The translations under genes and the position numbers were made by a program. The notes under the pieces were generated by a model. That model did no database searches. It saw nothing but the letters and a program-made list of their open reading frames with translations, and was not told the origin of the DNA. A DNA stretch of 64,000 nucleotides from an uncultured Gemmatimonadales bacterium (GTDB lineage: Bacteria; Gemmatimonadota; Gemmatimonadetes; Longimicrobiales; RSA9), in the NCBI GenBank assembly GCA_963783305.1, contig CAWAMW010000007.1:256001-320000 (forward strand). Direction: 5' to 3'. This document shows positions 48,623 to 59,000 of this stretch, piece by piece. Each line of letters opens with the position of its first letter. Positions within the stretch are counted from its first letter, which is position 1.

Positions 48623-48867
48623 GTGCGTTCCTTCCTGTACAGGGCTCATTCGAGGGTGACGCGTTGTCACCTGGTTCACTCAAAAAAGCCGTGGGGGGCG
48701 CGCTGCCCATACCCCATGATCAAGATCATTCCGAATGGGACGGCGGGAAGCCGGGAGATGCCGCGTTCTGGTGTGGGGAATCATCCCGACGCCACCGATT
48801 GCGGCATTGTCGACTTCGGCGGGGCTGGCTTCGTAGGCTCCAACCAGCCCGACTCGCTCCGGTGCAG

Positions 48868-49338
48868 TCAACGCTCGATCTCAGCCACTTCGTCGGGGTC
48901 ATAGCGGTCCGACGCGGCGAGGTACCGCTCGAGTGAGCCGGACACGAGAGCCGCACCGGAGGTCGAGCCGCCGGGGCGTGTTGAGGCCTCCTGGGCGGAT
49001 TTCGCCAGATCGATCAGCGGGGCGAGCTGGAGCGTGATCGAGTTGCGGGGGTCCGTGCCGCGGAAGTAATGAAGGATCGGATACTGAGCGTGGGCCTGGA
49101 TCAGGTGGATCAGCTCGCGGGCGACATGCTCGAGCCACCGCTCTCGTTCCTGCTCCAGGGACGAGGGGTGATCCCCGGTCGGGCCGGCCCTGTAGCTGAG
49201 AGCGGCGGAGAGGAGGGCGAATCGGCTCAGTGCCTGCAGGATCGAGAGGAGCCGGAGGGCCACGAGATCGGGGACGATACCGCCCGTCCCGAGTGTTGCG
49301 GCGGCGAATCCACTGAAGTAGAGCGCACGCTGGGGCAT
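48868..49338 (-). pseudogene. Two-TM potassium-channel-family (Ion_trans_2) C-terminal remnant
   Basis: ALYFSGFAAATLGTGGIVP (degenerate TLGYGD filter) and HAQYPILHYFR; N-terminus missing. Confidence 0.55.
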
Positions 49339-49453
49339 TCCAGACCGTTCACGCTGTAGGGCGCCGGCCGATTCCAGTGGGGGGAAAGCCGGGCGGAGCC
49401 GTGGAAAGACGTGGCCTGCCGGCGGTCGGTCCGGCGCCGCGTTTTTGCCCGGC

Positions 49454-52099
49454 TCAGTCGGATCGCAGTGCCGTGACGGGGTCCACGCGGACGGCGGTCC
49501 GAGCGGGGATCCACGATGCGGCGAGGGCGGTGGCGGCGAGGATGGCGATGACGGCGCCGTAGGTGACGGGATCGAGGCGGGAGACGCCGAATAGGAGTGA
49601 ATCGAGGGCGCGCGTGATGACCAGGGCGGCGCCCAGGCCGAGGGCGGTACCGAGGCCGGCCAGGGTGAGTCCCCGGCGGAGTACGCCGGTGAGGATGCGG
49701 CTGCGGGTGGCGCCGAGGGCGGAGCGAACGCCGAGCTCACGTCGTCGTTCGGCCACACTACCGGCGAGGACTCCGAAGATGCCGATGGCGGCGAGGGCGA
49801 GAGCGACGAGGGCGAAGGCCTGGAACAGCCAGTAGGCGAAGCGACGTTCCGCGGCGGACGAAGTGATGAGGCCTTCCAGGGTCGTGACCTGAACCACGGG
49901 CTGGTCAGTGTCGATGGCCCGGACTGCGTCCTGGAGCGCCGGCACGAGGGCGCCGGGTTCCCGGTCGGTCCGGATCACGAGCCAGACGGCCCGGTCGGCG
50001 AAATACCATTGGTCGGGCAGGACGTAGACGGCGGGGGTGGGTCCGGCGGCCAGCGACCGGTGGGCGACGTCGCCGGCCACGCCCACCACGGTGAACGCCG
50101 GCCAGTCGGTCCGGCCGCCGACGCGGACCTGGCGTCCAATGGGATCCTGGCCGGGGAACCGGCTGCGGGCCAGCGACTCGCTGAGGACGGCGGTGGCGGC
50201 GCCGGCGGCGTCCCGGGGCTCGAACCCGCGGCCCTGGCGGAGGGGGACGCCCATGGCCTGGAGGTAGCCGGGGCTGACCGCATAGCGGTAGACGCCAGCG
50301 TCCTGATCGGAGCTCTCCGGCGGTGCGGGGACGGGCTGGACGCCGTAGCGGTCGTCCTGTCCGCTCAGGGGCAGCTGGCTGGTCAGTGCCGCGGCCTCGA
50401 CGCCCGGAACGCTGCGGACTTCGTCGAGAACACGGCGGTAGAAGGTCCGCACGGCGTCGTCGTCGGAGTAGCGGTCGCCGGAGACCTGGACCTGGAGGGC
50501 CACGGCGCGGGTTGGGTCGAAGCCGGGGTCCACGTCGAGGAGGCGGGTCACGCTGCGTAGCAGGAGCCCGGCGCCCACGAGGAGAACCAGGGTGAGCGCC
50601 ACCTCGGCGACGACGAGGGCGTCACCGCCAGCCGACCGACCCCGGACCGGACCGGCCCGCCCGATGGCGTGGCGGGGGTCGTTCCGCGCGGCCCGGAGAG
50701 CGGGGGCGAGGCCCACGGCAATGCCCGCGAGCGCGGCTACGGCCAGTGCGGTGGCGAACACGGTGCCATCGAGCTGGATGGCGTCGGCCCGGGGCAGGCC
50801 CTCAGGGATCAGCGCGACGACCGACCGAACGCCAGCGGCGGCCAGGGCCAGCCCGCCCAGGGCGCCGAGTCCGGCGAGGAGCAGGCTCTCGGTGAGAAGC
50901 TGCCGGACGAGCCGGCACCGGTCTGCACCGAGGGCGGCCCGCATGGCGAACTCCTCGCGCCGCCGTGCGCCCCGGGCCAGCAGCAGGCTCGCCACGTTGA
51001 CGCAGGCAATGATCAGGAGCAGCACCACCGCCCCCAGAAGCGCCGTGAGCGTGGGCCGAGCGGACCCGGTGACGCGCTCCTTCAGTGATGTGATATGGAA
51101 GCCCTGCTCCAGCGAGGCCCAGGCCGGCCGGGCGAAGCCGTCCACGGGGTTCGCGGCGATCCGCTGCAGCTCCCGGGTCGCGGGGTTCGGCCCCAGCCCG
51201 GTCCGGACGCGGGCCACCATGTCCAGGTGATGGCCCCACTCCCGGCTCTGGAACGTGGGCAGAGACGCGTCGTACTGCAGGGGCGCCCAGATCCGGGCCG
51301 CCGGCGCTGTGACATTCTCGAAGCCCCGGGGCAGCACGCCGACGATGGTGAACGGCCGCCCGTCGAGGGCTACCCGCCGGCCCACTACGTCCTGGTTGCC
51401 ACCGAACCGGGTCCGCCACAAGCCGTAGTCGATCATGGCCACGTCCGCACCGCCGGCCCGATCCTCCTCGCCAAATCCGCGGCCGAGGGCGGGCGCAACG
51501 CCCAGGACCCCGAAATAGTCGGCGCTCACGCGCTGGCCCATCAGCCGCTCCGTCCGGCCCACGCCGGAGAGCACCGGCTCCCACGGCTTCACCACCGCCG
51601 TCGCCTCGAACGAACCGCTCCGCTCCTGAATCTCCCGGAAGGTCCCGAACGTCACCGGCGCCGGGCTCCCCTCGGGGCCCACGTCCGCGATGGACAGGAT
51701 ACGGCCGGCGCCGGGGTAGGGCAGGGGCTCGAAGAGCACGGGTTTCACCGCGCTCACCATGGTGGCGGTGCCCCCGAGGCCCAGCGACAACGTGAGGACC
51801 GCCGCGGCCGTGAAGCCGGGCCGCTTCCGGAGCGACCGGGCGGCGTAGCGCAGGTCGGCGCCGGCGTCCTCGAGGACCCGGGTCCAGCGCGCGGCCCGGA
51901 CCTCCTCCTTGTACCGCTCCCGGCCCCGGAACGCCAATCCGGCCCGGCGACGGGCTTCGGCCCGGCTCATCCCCCGGTCGAGGTTCGCTTCCGTCTCCCG
52001 CTCCAGGTGGAAGGCCAGCTCCTCATCCAGCTCCCGCTCCAGCGCGTCCTTGTCGAACAGTGCGCGCAGCTGCTTCCAGAGTCCGCGGATCCGGTCCAT
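49454..52099 (-). CDS. ADOP-family duplicated ABC permease (MacB-like)
   Basis: ELDEELAFHLE, DLRYAARSLRKRPGF, LLIIACVNVASLLLAR and RRRELGVRSALGA. Confidence 0.93.
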   Translation of the reverse strand: MDRIRGLWKQLRALFDKDALERELDEELAFHLERETEANLDRGMSRAEARRRAGLAFRGRERYKEEVRAARWTRVLEDAGADLRYAARSLRKRPGFTAAAVLTLSLGLGGTATMVSAVKPVLFEPLPYPGAGRILSIADVGPEGSPAPVTFGTFREIQERSGSFEATAVVKPWEPVLSGVGRTERLMGQRVSADYFGVLGVAPALGRGFGEEDRAGGADVAMIDYGLWRTRFGGNQDVVGRRVALDGRPFTIVGVLPRGFENVTAPAARIWAPLQYDASLPTFQSREWGHHLDMVARVRTGLGPNPATRELQRIAANPVDGFARPAWASLEQGFHITSLKERVTGSARPTLTALLGAVVLLLIIACVNVASLLLARGARRREEFAMRAALGADRCRLVRQLLTESLLLAGLGALGGLALAAAGVRSVVALIPEGLPRADAIQLDGTVFATALAVAALAGIAVGLAPALRAARNDPRHAIGRAGPVRGRSAGGDALVVAEVALTLVLLVGAGLLLRSVTRLLDVDPGFDPTRAVALQVQVSGDRYSDDDAVRTFYRRVLDEVRSVPGVEAAALTSQLPLSGQDDRYGVQPVPAPPESSDQDAGVYRYAVSPGYLQAMGVPLRQGRGFEPRDAAGAATAVLSESLARSRFPGQDPIGRQVRVGGRTDWPAFTVVGVAGDVAHRSLAAGPTPAVYVLPDQWYFADRAVWLVIRTDREPGALVPALQDAVRAIDTDQPVVQVTTLEGLITSSAAERRFAYWLFQAFALVALALAAIGIFGVLAGSVAERRRELGVRSALGATRSRILTGVLRRGLTLAGLGTALGLGAALVITRALDSLLFGVSRLDPVTYGAVIAILAATALAASWIPARTAVRVDPVTALRSD

Positions 52100-52108
52100 T
52101 ATTCCCCC

Positions 52109-52438
52109 TCACGACGCCGGAGACAGGACCAGCTGCATGGCCCGCACGTACTCCCGCCAACTCGCCACCTCCTCGCCCAGAGCCTTCCGGCCCGACGACG
52201 TCAGGTGGTAGACCTTCGCCCGCCGGTTCTCCTCCGTGCGCCGCCACTCGCTGTCGATCCGCCCCTTCTGCTCCAGCCGCTGCAGCGCCGGATAGAGCGA
52301 GCCCTGTCCCACTTCGAACGCGTCCTCGGAACGCTGCTGGATTCGCTGGCTGATGCCCCAGCCGTGCAACGGCGCCAGGTCCAGCGTGCGCAGGATGAGG
52401 AGGTCGAGGGTGCCGCGCAGGACGTCGGTATTGGACAT
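52109..52438 (-). CDS. PadR family regulator (acidobacterial type)
   Basis: GTLDLLIL, LHGWGI, GSLYPALQRLE and ENRRAKVY. Confidence 0.93.
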   Translation of the reverse strand: MSNTDVLRGTLDLLILRTLDLAPLHGWGISQRIQQRSEDAFEVGQGSLYPALQRLEQKGRIDSEWRRTEENRRAKVYHLTSSGRKALGEEVASWREYVRAMQLVLSPAS

Positions 52439-52493
52439 GGGCGCCAGCTGTCTCGGTTCGGGGGTGCCGTACACAGGGGACCGTGCGGCATTA

Positions 52494-52546
52494 TGTCGTG
52501 TTTCGACAATAGACGGTAGGGGGAGTGTTGTCGGAAGTCAACAACA
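52494..52546. promoter_or_regulatory. Two TGTCG-N5-CGACA-type palindromes, putative PadR operator
   Basis: TGTCG-TGTTT-CGACA (52494-52508) and TGTTGTCG-GAAGT-CAACAACA (52526-52546). Confidence 0.5.
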
Positions 52547-52597
52547 GTGACCGAGTTTGCGGGGACGGTCCGGAGCACGGGCCCCGCCCGCGAGCCG

Positions 52598-53497
52598 CTA
52601 CGGAACGCGCTGCGCGCTCATCATGAGACGGTCCTCGAGTCCCCGGACCTCGAACCCGGTGGCCCGCCCGCCGTCGAGCAGGAACTCGAAGTACATGTCC
52701 ACCTCGGTCTCGTAGACCTGGCCGTTCTTCATCCAGCCGGGATTGAACACGAAGTCGGTGACCGGGATGAGCTCGAACTCCCCGGGGAGGACCGGGGGGC
52801 CACTCTTCAGGGTGCCGATGAGTCGGCCGTCCCTGTATTCGACCGTAAGCTCCACCCGGGGCATCGCCGCTCCCGGCGGCGTTTCGGCGGGAGGCGGTCC
52901 TTCGAAGGCGATCGTGTACAACCCGACCATGCGCTCCGCCTGCTCGGGCGCCACGATCTTGCGCGGGGGAATCGGCACGTCGATCCGGAAGAGCACGCGG
53001 GTGCCCCCCCAACGGAACTCCATGTCCATTCCCATCGGGTCGACGTGGGGGAACGCGAAGGTCAGGGCCTCGGTGTGCTCCGCCGACTGGGGCGTGACCC
53101 TGAGCCGGATCTGGTCGGAGGCGGGCTCGGGGGGCTGGGTGTGGTAGAGGGTGGCGCGGGGGTCGAGGACCATCTCCCAGTCGGACTCCGCCGGGATCAG
53201 CCACATGGAATAGCGGCCCTGGGGCACCGTGCGACCGTTGAGCGTAACGTCCGCCGTGGCCTCGAAGGTGGTGGCCTCATTGGCGCCCGGAGTCCATACG
53301 TGTCCCCACTCCACCAGCCCTCCGAAAACCGGGGTGCGCCCTCGCACGTGGGGTCGGCCGTAGTCGATGGTGACCGTCGTGCCGTTCGACACCTGACTGA
53401 TGATGCCGCGTTCGCTCCCGCGGATCTGGGCGGCGGCGTGGAATGGTGCGAACGTGCCGATTACCACGAACATTGCGGCGAAGTGTCGGAGCTTCAT
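52598..53497 (-). CDS. DUF2911 domain protein, secreted, with C-terminal extension
   Basis: Signal peptide; IDYGRPHVRGR..FGGLVEWGHVWTPGANEAT. Confidence 0.85.
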   Translation of the reverse strand: MKLRHFAAMFVVIGTFAPFHAAAQIRGSERGIISQVSNGTTVTIDYGRPHVRGRTPVFGGLVEWGHVWTPGANEATTFEATADVTLNGRTVPQGRYSMWLIPAESDWEMVLDPRATLYHTQPPEPASDQIRLRVTPQSAEHTEALTFAFPHVDPMGMDMEFRWGGTRVLFRIDVPIPPRKIVAPEQAERMVGLYTIAFEGPPPAETPPGAAMPRVELTVEYRDGRLIGTLKSGPPVLPGEFELIPVTDFVFNPGWMKNGQVYETEVDMYFEFLLDGGRATGFEVRGLEDRLMMSAQRVP

Positions 53498-53974
53498 GGG
53501 CTCTCCCGGGAAGGAATTCGTGGACGGTAGGTGCGATCAGGGGCGGCGATACCCCTGTGATCGACCTGACCTCAGCGTGTGCCGCAGGAGCTGACGTGGA
53601 GCACGCTGGGCGCTCCTGATCGGGTCGCCCCCTCTGGCTCACCGTACGCGGGGGGCGCGTAGATGTTGATCCGGCGCCGCCGCCACGAGCCCCCCCGGCA
53701 TCACCAATCGTATACCCACCACCCCAAGAAGCGCCCCAGGGGTGTGTCACGCAAGGAAACCTCGACCATGGGGACGGCCGCCCCGGGGTCAGTGGCCGGG
53801 CTTCAGCACCACCATGGCCTTCGGTGAGCCTTCCGGCACGGGCGGGATGGTGAACCCGTTTGCGTCGCTCCGGCTGGCAAAGGAGCTGTCGTGATTGCGC
53901 TGATTCTGGCCGGTTCCTTGCGACTGCGGCAGCTACTCCCCGCTCGGGGCAGTCACACACCAAGGAGCACGACC

Positions 53975-54976
53975 ATGCGCAACATGATCCTCATCGTCGC
54001 CGCCGTAACCGCCCTTTCGAGCGCCGTGCCCGTCAGTGCCGCCGCCCAGGGCAACTCGGCCAAGCCGGACAAGCCGGCTACGGCAAAGCAGAAGGCGGGG
54101 CGGCCCCAGCCCGGGGCTGAGGGGCAGGGGCAGGGGCAGGGTCAGGCGCAGCGCCCGAAGGCTCGCGGTCAGGGTCAGAGCCAAGCGCGCGGCCAGGGCC
54201 AGGGCCAGGCCCGTGGTCAGGGACAGGCGGGTGCTCAGGGTCGTGGTGGGGCGCCGGGGCAGGCGAGGGTTGCCCGTCGGGGCGGTCCCGCGCCGGATCG
54301 GGCCGCGTTCAACCGAAACCTGGTGGAGCGGGCAGTGAAAGTGCGCGGTGCTCGCGGAAGCTCCGCCCGGAACGTGGAGATGCGCCGGGAGGGCGGAGAG
54401 CTACGGGTCGTGCGGGAGGACGGTCGCCTGCTGTTCGCGCTGGACGAGGACCGCGCGGGCGAGATCGGCTACTGGCGGATCGGGCGGGTGCCGTCTGTGT
54501 CGCAGGCGAGGTGGGACGACCGGGAGCAGGGCGACCGCCGCGACGGGGGGATCTTCCCAGCGGACCGCGAGGCGTCCGACCGCCCGGGCGCGCCCGCCTT
54601 CTGTGGAAGCGGCGAAGGGCACCCGGTATGGGGCAGGGCGTGGTGCATGGACAAGGGCTTCGGCCTCGGTGACGGGGACGACCGTGTCTGGGGGTGGGGA
54701 CGCGAGATCGAGGATGTGGTGCTGCGCCGGCCGGATACGGATCGGGACCTGGACCGGGGCGGCTTGAAGGACGTGCTGGGCGATATCGTGTTCGGCCGGA
54801 TCGCGCTGCAGTCGCTGGTGCTTGGAGCGGACGAGCCGCTGTCGGGGCGGTGGATCGGACAGGAAAACGGGCCGCGGGTGCTGAGCATCCACGCTGGTGA
54901 CCTTCCGGTGGCCGAGCTGGTGGATATCGGCCGCGACGACGAGGTGGACGTGCTCGTCTTCAACCTGGGCGGTTGA
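53975..54976 (+). CDS. Secreted hypothetical protein with Gly-Gln repeats
   Basis: RBS AAGGAG; signal peptide; (GQ)n tract; PAFCGSGEGHPVWGRAWCMDKGFGLG. Confidence 0.75.
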   Translation: MRNMILIVAAVTALSSAVPVSAAAQGNSAKPDKPATAKQKAGRPQPGAEGQGQGQGQAQRPKARGQGQSQARGQGQGQARGQGQAGAQGRGGAPGQARVARRGGPAPDRAAFNRNLVERAVKVRGARGSSARNVEMRREGGELRVVREDGRLLFALDEDRAGEIGYWRIGRVPSVSQARWDDREQGDRRDGGIFPADREASDRPGAPAFCGSGEGHPVWGRAWCMDKGFGLGDGDDRVWGWGREIEDVVLRRPDTDRDLDRGGLKDVLGDIVFGRIALQSLVLGADEPLSGRWIGQENGPRVLSIHAGDLPVAELVDIGRDDEVDVLVFNLGG

Positions 54977-55075
54977 AGGGCGTCACCGCGGTGATCGTCA
55001 GCAGGAAGAAGCTGGTGCACTACTCGAGTCGGCGGGCCTTCGTCGGGCCGCGTGTTCGACTCCGGCCGGCAGCCC

Positions 55076-55945
55076 TCAGCCGCTCAGGTCGGCGGCCACC
55101 CGGCCCAGCCCGGCCCAGTCGATCCCGAGCCAACCCCGGGCGGCGGCGGTGAGGAAGCGGTCGCGGATGGCGCTGGCCACGGGCATGGGCACGTGGGCTT
55201 CCCCGGCCGCCTCGAGCCCGTAGCGGATGTCCTTGAGTCCGTGAGCGAGCTGGAAGCCCGCCGGCTCGTACTCCTGCGCCTCGATCATCCCGCCGTAGTT
55301 CTGGTAGATGGGCGAGCGGAAGAGCCGATCCGCCATGGTCTCGTGGAAGAGGCCGGCGTCGATGCCGTGGGCCCGGACCAGCGTGTACGCCTCGGCCATG
55401 GCCTCGATGGCCGACGCCAGCATGAAGTTGCCGGCCAGCTTCATGACGTTCGCCTGCTCCGGCTCGGCCCCGGCCACGATCACCCCCTGACCCAGCGCGT
55501 CGAACGCCGGGCGACAGGCGTCGATGTCGGAGGCCTCACCGCCGGCCACGATCCACAGCGACGCGCTCTCCGCCGCGTCCGGGCGGCCGAACACCGGCCC
55601 GGCGACGTAGCGCTGTCCGCGCTCGTCGTGGGCGGCGGCCAGGCGGCGGGACATGCCTACGCTGATGGTGGTCATGCAGGCGTGCAGGCCGCCCTCACCC
55701 AGCCCAACCAGGACGCCGTCCTCGCCGAAGGTGACCGCCTCCACCGCGGCGTCGTCGGAGAGCATGGTGACCACCAGATCGGCGTCGCGGGCGGCCTCCG
55801 CGGGCGACCCCGCGACGGGCGCTCCCTCCAGCGCCTCCGCCTTCTCCTCCGTTCGGTTCCAGACCACGACGTCGTGGTCGGCGGCGATGAGGTTCCGGGC
55901 CATGGGGCGGCCCATGCTTCCGAGTCCGATGAAGGCGATGCGCAT
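55076..55945 (-). CDS. NAD(P)-dependent oxidoreductase, 3-hydroxyisobutyrate/6PG dehydrogenase family
   Basis: MRIAFIGLGSMG, VWNRT, PVFGRP and MKLAGN. Confidence 0.93.
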   Translation of the reverse strand: MRIAFIGLGSMGRPMARNLIAADHDVVVWNRTEEKAEALEGAPVAGSPAEAARDADLVVTMLSDDAAVEAVTFGEDGVLVGLGEGGLHACMTTISVGMSRRLAAAHDERGQRYVAGPVFGRPDAAESASLWIVAGGEASDIDACRPAFDALGQGVIVAGAEPEQANVMKLAGNFMLASAIEAMAEAYTLVRAHGIDAGLFHETMADRLFRSPIYQNYGGMIEAQEYEPAGFQLAHGLKDIRYGLEAAGEAHVPMPVASAIRDRFLTAAARGWLGIDWAGLGRVAADLSG

Positions 55946-56073
55946 GGTAGTTCGTCCGGTCGTGGGAGCGTCCGTCGGTCGCCGGTCGGACGGCTGCAAG
56001 AAGCGGGCAGCGCGAGAGCCATCGCTGCCCCCGGCCCCCGGCACGCCGGGCGCGCTCCAGGGATGCCGGGCCC

Positions 56074-57513
56074 TCAGGGCAGCAGCAGCACGCGCCCCAG
56101 CGGGGCCATGGCCCCTTCCGCGGCCAGCCCGGCCGCCAGGGTGGCCACCACGGTCGCCGCCAGCACCCACCCGGACCAGCGTCCCAGCACCGCCACGGGC
56201 GCCTCCGCCGCCGGTTGGAAGTAGGCGGGCCCCAGTACCCGGAGGTAGTAGAACAGCGAGGCCACGGTGTTGGCGACGGCGACGACGGCGAGCCAGCTGT
56301 AGCCGCCATCGATGGCGGCGCCGAAGATCATGAGCTTGCCGACGAACCCGCCGAGGGGCGGGATCCCGACCAGCGACAGGAAGGCGATGGCGAGGGCCGC
56401 GGCAACGGCGGGGCGGGCGCGGCCGAGTCCCCGGTAGTCGTCGAGGTCGGTCCGGCCCCGGAGATGGGTCACGACGGCGAACGCGCCGAAATTGGCGAGG
56501 CCGTAGGCCAGGAGGAAGAAGAGGAGGCCCGACAGGGCGAGGTCGCTCAGGCCGAGGACGGCCACGGCCACCAGCGCGTACCCGGACTGGGAGACGGACG
56601 ACCAGCCCAGCATTCGCCGGACGTCCGTCTGCCAGAGGGCGCCCAGGTTGCCGAGTGTCATGGTGACGACGGCCAGGGCGGCGATCAGCAGACGCCACGG
56701 GACGAGCCCATCGGGCAGGAGGGACACGACTCGGGCCAGCGCGACGAGCGCGCCGACCTTGGGCACCACCGTGAGGAATGCCGCAGAGGGCGCCGGCGAT
56801 CCCTCCGCCACGTCCGGGAGCCACGTGTGGGCCGGGAACGCCGCCAGCTTGTACGTCAGTCCCACCACCATGAAAGCGACGGCGACCAGCAGGCCCCAGC
56901 GCGCCCCGCCCGCTGCGCCCGCCGGGCTCGCCGCGCCGGCGGCCAGGCCCCGCCGGATTCCTTCGTACCCGGTGTCGCCGAGGAGGCCGAACAGGATCAC
57001 CACGCCGGCCACCAGCAGTGCGTTGGCCAGCGCGCCGACCAGGAAGTACTTCATCCCGGCCTCGACGGCCAGCGGCCAGTCCCGGTGGTAGGCGGCGAGG
57101 GTAAAGCCGGTGACGGACGACAGGAGCACGGCCACCACCAGCTGCATCGTGTCGGCGGCGCCAGCCATGAGCACCGCCCCCACCGTCGACAGGAGGAGAA
57201 CGGCGTAGAACTCGCCGTGGCGGCGGTCGCTGCGGAACCAGTCGGGGGCCAGGCCGAGGGCGAGACCGGCGAAGAGGAGGATCATGAGCCGCGCGGCGAT
57301 GGTGGCGCCGTCGAGGGCCCAGGTCCCGTGGAAGGTGAGCCGCGCGGGTCCCCCCACCTGGCGGACGCTGAGCCAGGCTGCGGCGGCGAGGCCGGCGAGT
57401 GCGAGGAGGGCGCAGAGGGTGTGTCGTCTGTGGGGGATGAACGCGGCCACCAGTAGCGTGACCACGGCGGCCACGACCAGCGCGATCTCCGGGAAGAGGT
57501 CGCCTACGGGCAT
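56074..57513 (-). CDS. nuoN: NuoN-like antiporter subunit
   Basis: EAGMKYFLVGA, YKLAAFPAHTWLPDVAEGSP, RRMLGWSSVSQSGY and SLVGIPPLGGFVGK. Confidence 0.88.
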   Translation of the reverse strand: MPVGDLFPEIALVVAAVVTLLVAAFIPHRRHTLCALLALAGLAAAAWLSVRQVGGPARLTFHGTWALDGATIAARLMILLFAGLALGLAPDWFRSDRRHGEFYAVLLLSTVGAVLMAGAADTMQLVVAVLLSSVTGFTLAAYHRDWPLAVEAGMKYFLVGALANALLVAGVVILFGLLGDTGYEGIRRGLAAGAASPAGAAGGARWGLLVAVAFMVVGLTYKLAAFPAHTWLPDVAEGSPAPSAAFLTVVPKVGALVALARVVSLLPDGLVPWRLLIAALAVVTMTLGNLGALWQTDVRRMLGWSSVSQSGYALVAVAVLGLSDLALSGLLFFLLAYGLANFGAFAVVTHLRGRTDLDDYRGLGRARPAVAAALAIAFLSLVGIPPLGGFVGKLMIFGAAIDGGYSWLAVVAVANTVASLFYYLRVLGPAYFQPAAEAPVAVLGRWSGWVLAATVVATLAAGLAAEGAMAPLGRVLLLP

Positions 57514-58997
57514 CAGCCCGCTCCCACCAGGACGACGGCGGCGCTCTCGACCAGCGTCAGTAGGAAGCGCGGGTAGACGCCGATGAGCACCACGAGGGCC
57601 AGGAGCACGCCGAGCACCAGCCGCTCCCGCAGCCCCAGGTCCGGGAAGTCCGTCCACCGCTCCGGGAGCGCGCCGAAGAAGAGGTCGCGGAGCATGAGGA
57701 GGAAGAGCGCGGCGGTCACCAGGACGCCGACCAGGGCGAGGCCGGCGAGCCAGGGGAAGACGCCGAAGGTGCCGATGAAGATCTGGATCTCGGCCACGAA
57801 CCCGGCCAGGCCCGGCAGCCCGAGGCTGGCGAAGGCGGCCAGCGTGGTGGCCGTGGTCAGGACGGGCGCGGGGCCGGCCAGGCCGCCGTAGGCGTCCAGG
57901 TCGTATTCCTCGGTCCGCTGCCAGAAGGAGCCGGCGATGAGGAAGAGCGCGCCGGTGATGAGCCCGTGGGCGATCATCTCCACCGTGGCCCCGGTGAGGG
58001 CCAGCCGGCGGGCGGCCTCCGCCCCCGGCACCATGGCCCCCGCGGCGGCGATCCCGAGCACCGTGTAGCCCATGTGATTCACCGACGTGTACGCGATTCG
58101 CCGCTTCAGGCTCGACTGCGCCAGCGCCACCAGCGCGCCGTAGACGATGGATACCACGCCGATCACGCCGATGACCAGCGCCCACCGGTGGAAGGTCTCC
58201 CGCATCATGGAGTACGGGATCCGGATCAGGCCGTAGGTCCCCATCTTCAGGAGCACGCCGGCAAGGACGGTGGACGCTGGGCCGGGGGCGTCGACGTGGG
58301 CGGGCGGGAGCCAGGTGTGGAAGGGGACCACGGGCGTCTTGATCCCGAGCCCGATCCCCAGCCCCAGGAGCGCGAGCCCCGCCATCCCGTGGCCGGCCAG
58401 CGGCTGCTGGGCGATGAGCGCCCGCATGTCGAAGGTGTGGGGATCGCTGGCCAGGTAGAGCGCCAGGATCGCCAGCAGCATGGTGAGGGAGCCGGCCAGC
58501 GTGTAGAGGAAGAACTTGAGCGCGCTGCGCCGGGCGTCGCCGTGTCCCCAGCGGCCGATGAGGAAGAACATCCCCACGAGGCTCAGGTCGAAGAAGACGT
58601 AGAAGAGGAGGAGGTCGAGGGCCAGGAACACGCCCAGGGAGACGCCCTCCAGGAAGAGCAGCCAGGCGTAGTACTGACGGGGCCGCCCCAGGGTGTCCAC
58701 CGGGTACGCCACTGCCCCCGTGAACAGGAGGGCGCTCATGGTGGCCACGGCCAGGGAAATCCCGTCCACGCCCAGACGGTAGCCCACGCCCAGCGACGGG
58801 ATCCACGGCACGTCCGTCACCAGCTGGAACTGGGGGCCGCCCATGTCGAACCCGAGCCAGGCCACGACCAGCAGCGCGAGCGGAACGGCCGCCGACGCGG
58901 TCGCGAAGAGGCGCGCGGCGCCCTCCGTCCAGCGATTCGACACGACCAGCGCCGTGGCGGCCGCGAGGGGCAGGACCAGCGAAGCCGTCAGCAGCAT
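57513..58997 (-). CDS. nuoM: NuoM-like antiporter subunit
   Basis: LGVDGIS, KFFLYTLAGS, PFHTWLPPAHVDAP, LLKMG and IAYTSVNHMG. Confidence 0.9.
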   Translation of the reverse strand: MLLTASLVLPLAAATALVVSNRWTEGAARLFATASAAVPLALLVVAWLGFDMGGPQFQLVTDVPWIPSLGVGYRLGVDGISLAVATMSALLFTGAVAYPVDTLGRPRQYYAWLLFLEGVSLGVFLALDLLLFYVFFDLSLVGMFFLIGRWGHGDARRSALKFFLYTLAGSLTMLLAILALYLASDPHTFDMRALIAQQPLAGHGMAGLALLGLGIGLGIKTPVVPFHTWLPPAHVDAPGPASTVLAGVLLKMGTYGLIRIPYSMMRETFHRWALVIGVIGVVSIVYGALVALAQSSLKRRIAYTSVNHMGYTVLGIAAAGAMVPGAEAARRLALTGATVEMIAHGLITGALFLIAGSFWQRTEEYDLDAYGGLAGPAPVLTTATTLAAFASLGLPGLAGFVAEIQIFIGTFGVFPWLAGLALVGVLVTAALFLLMLRDLFFGALPERWTDFPDLGLRERLVLGVLLALVVLIGVYPRFLLTLVESAAVVLVGAG

Positions 58998-59000
58998 TCC

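Noticed and set aside
55050..55070. GCGTGTTCGACTCCGGCCGGC, a partial match to the 28-bp att-like repeat
   Set aside because: Two mismatches, lacks the CTCCA end, and can be explained as part of a local hairpin between convergent genes
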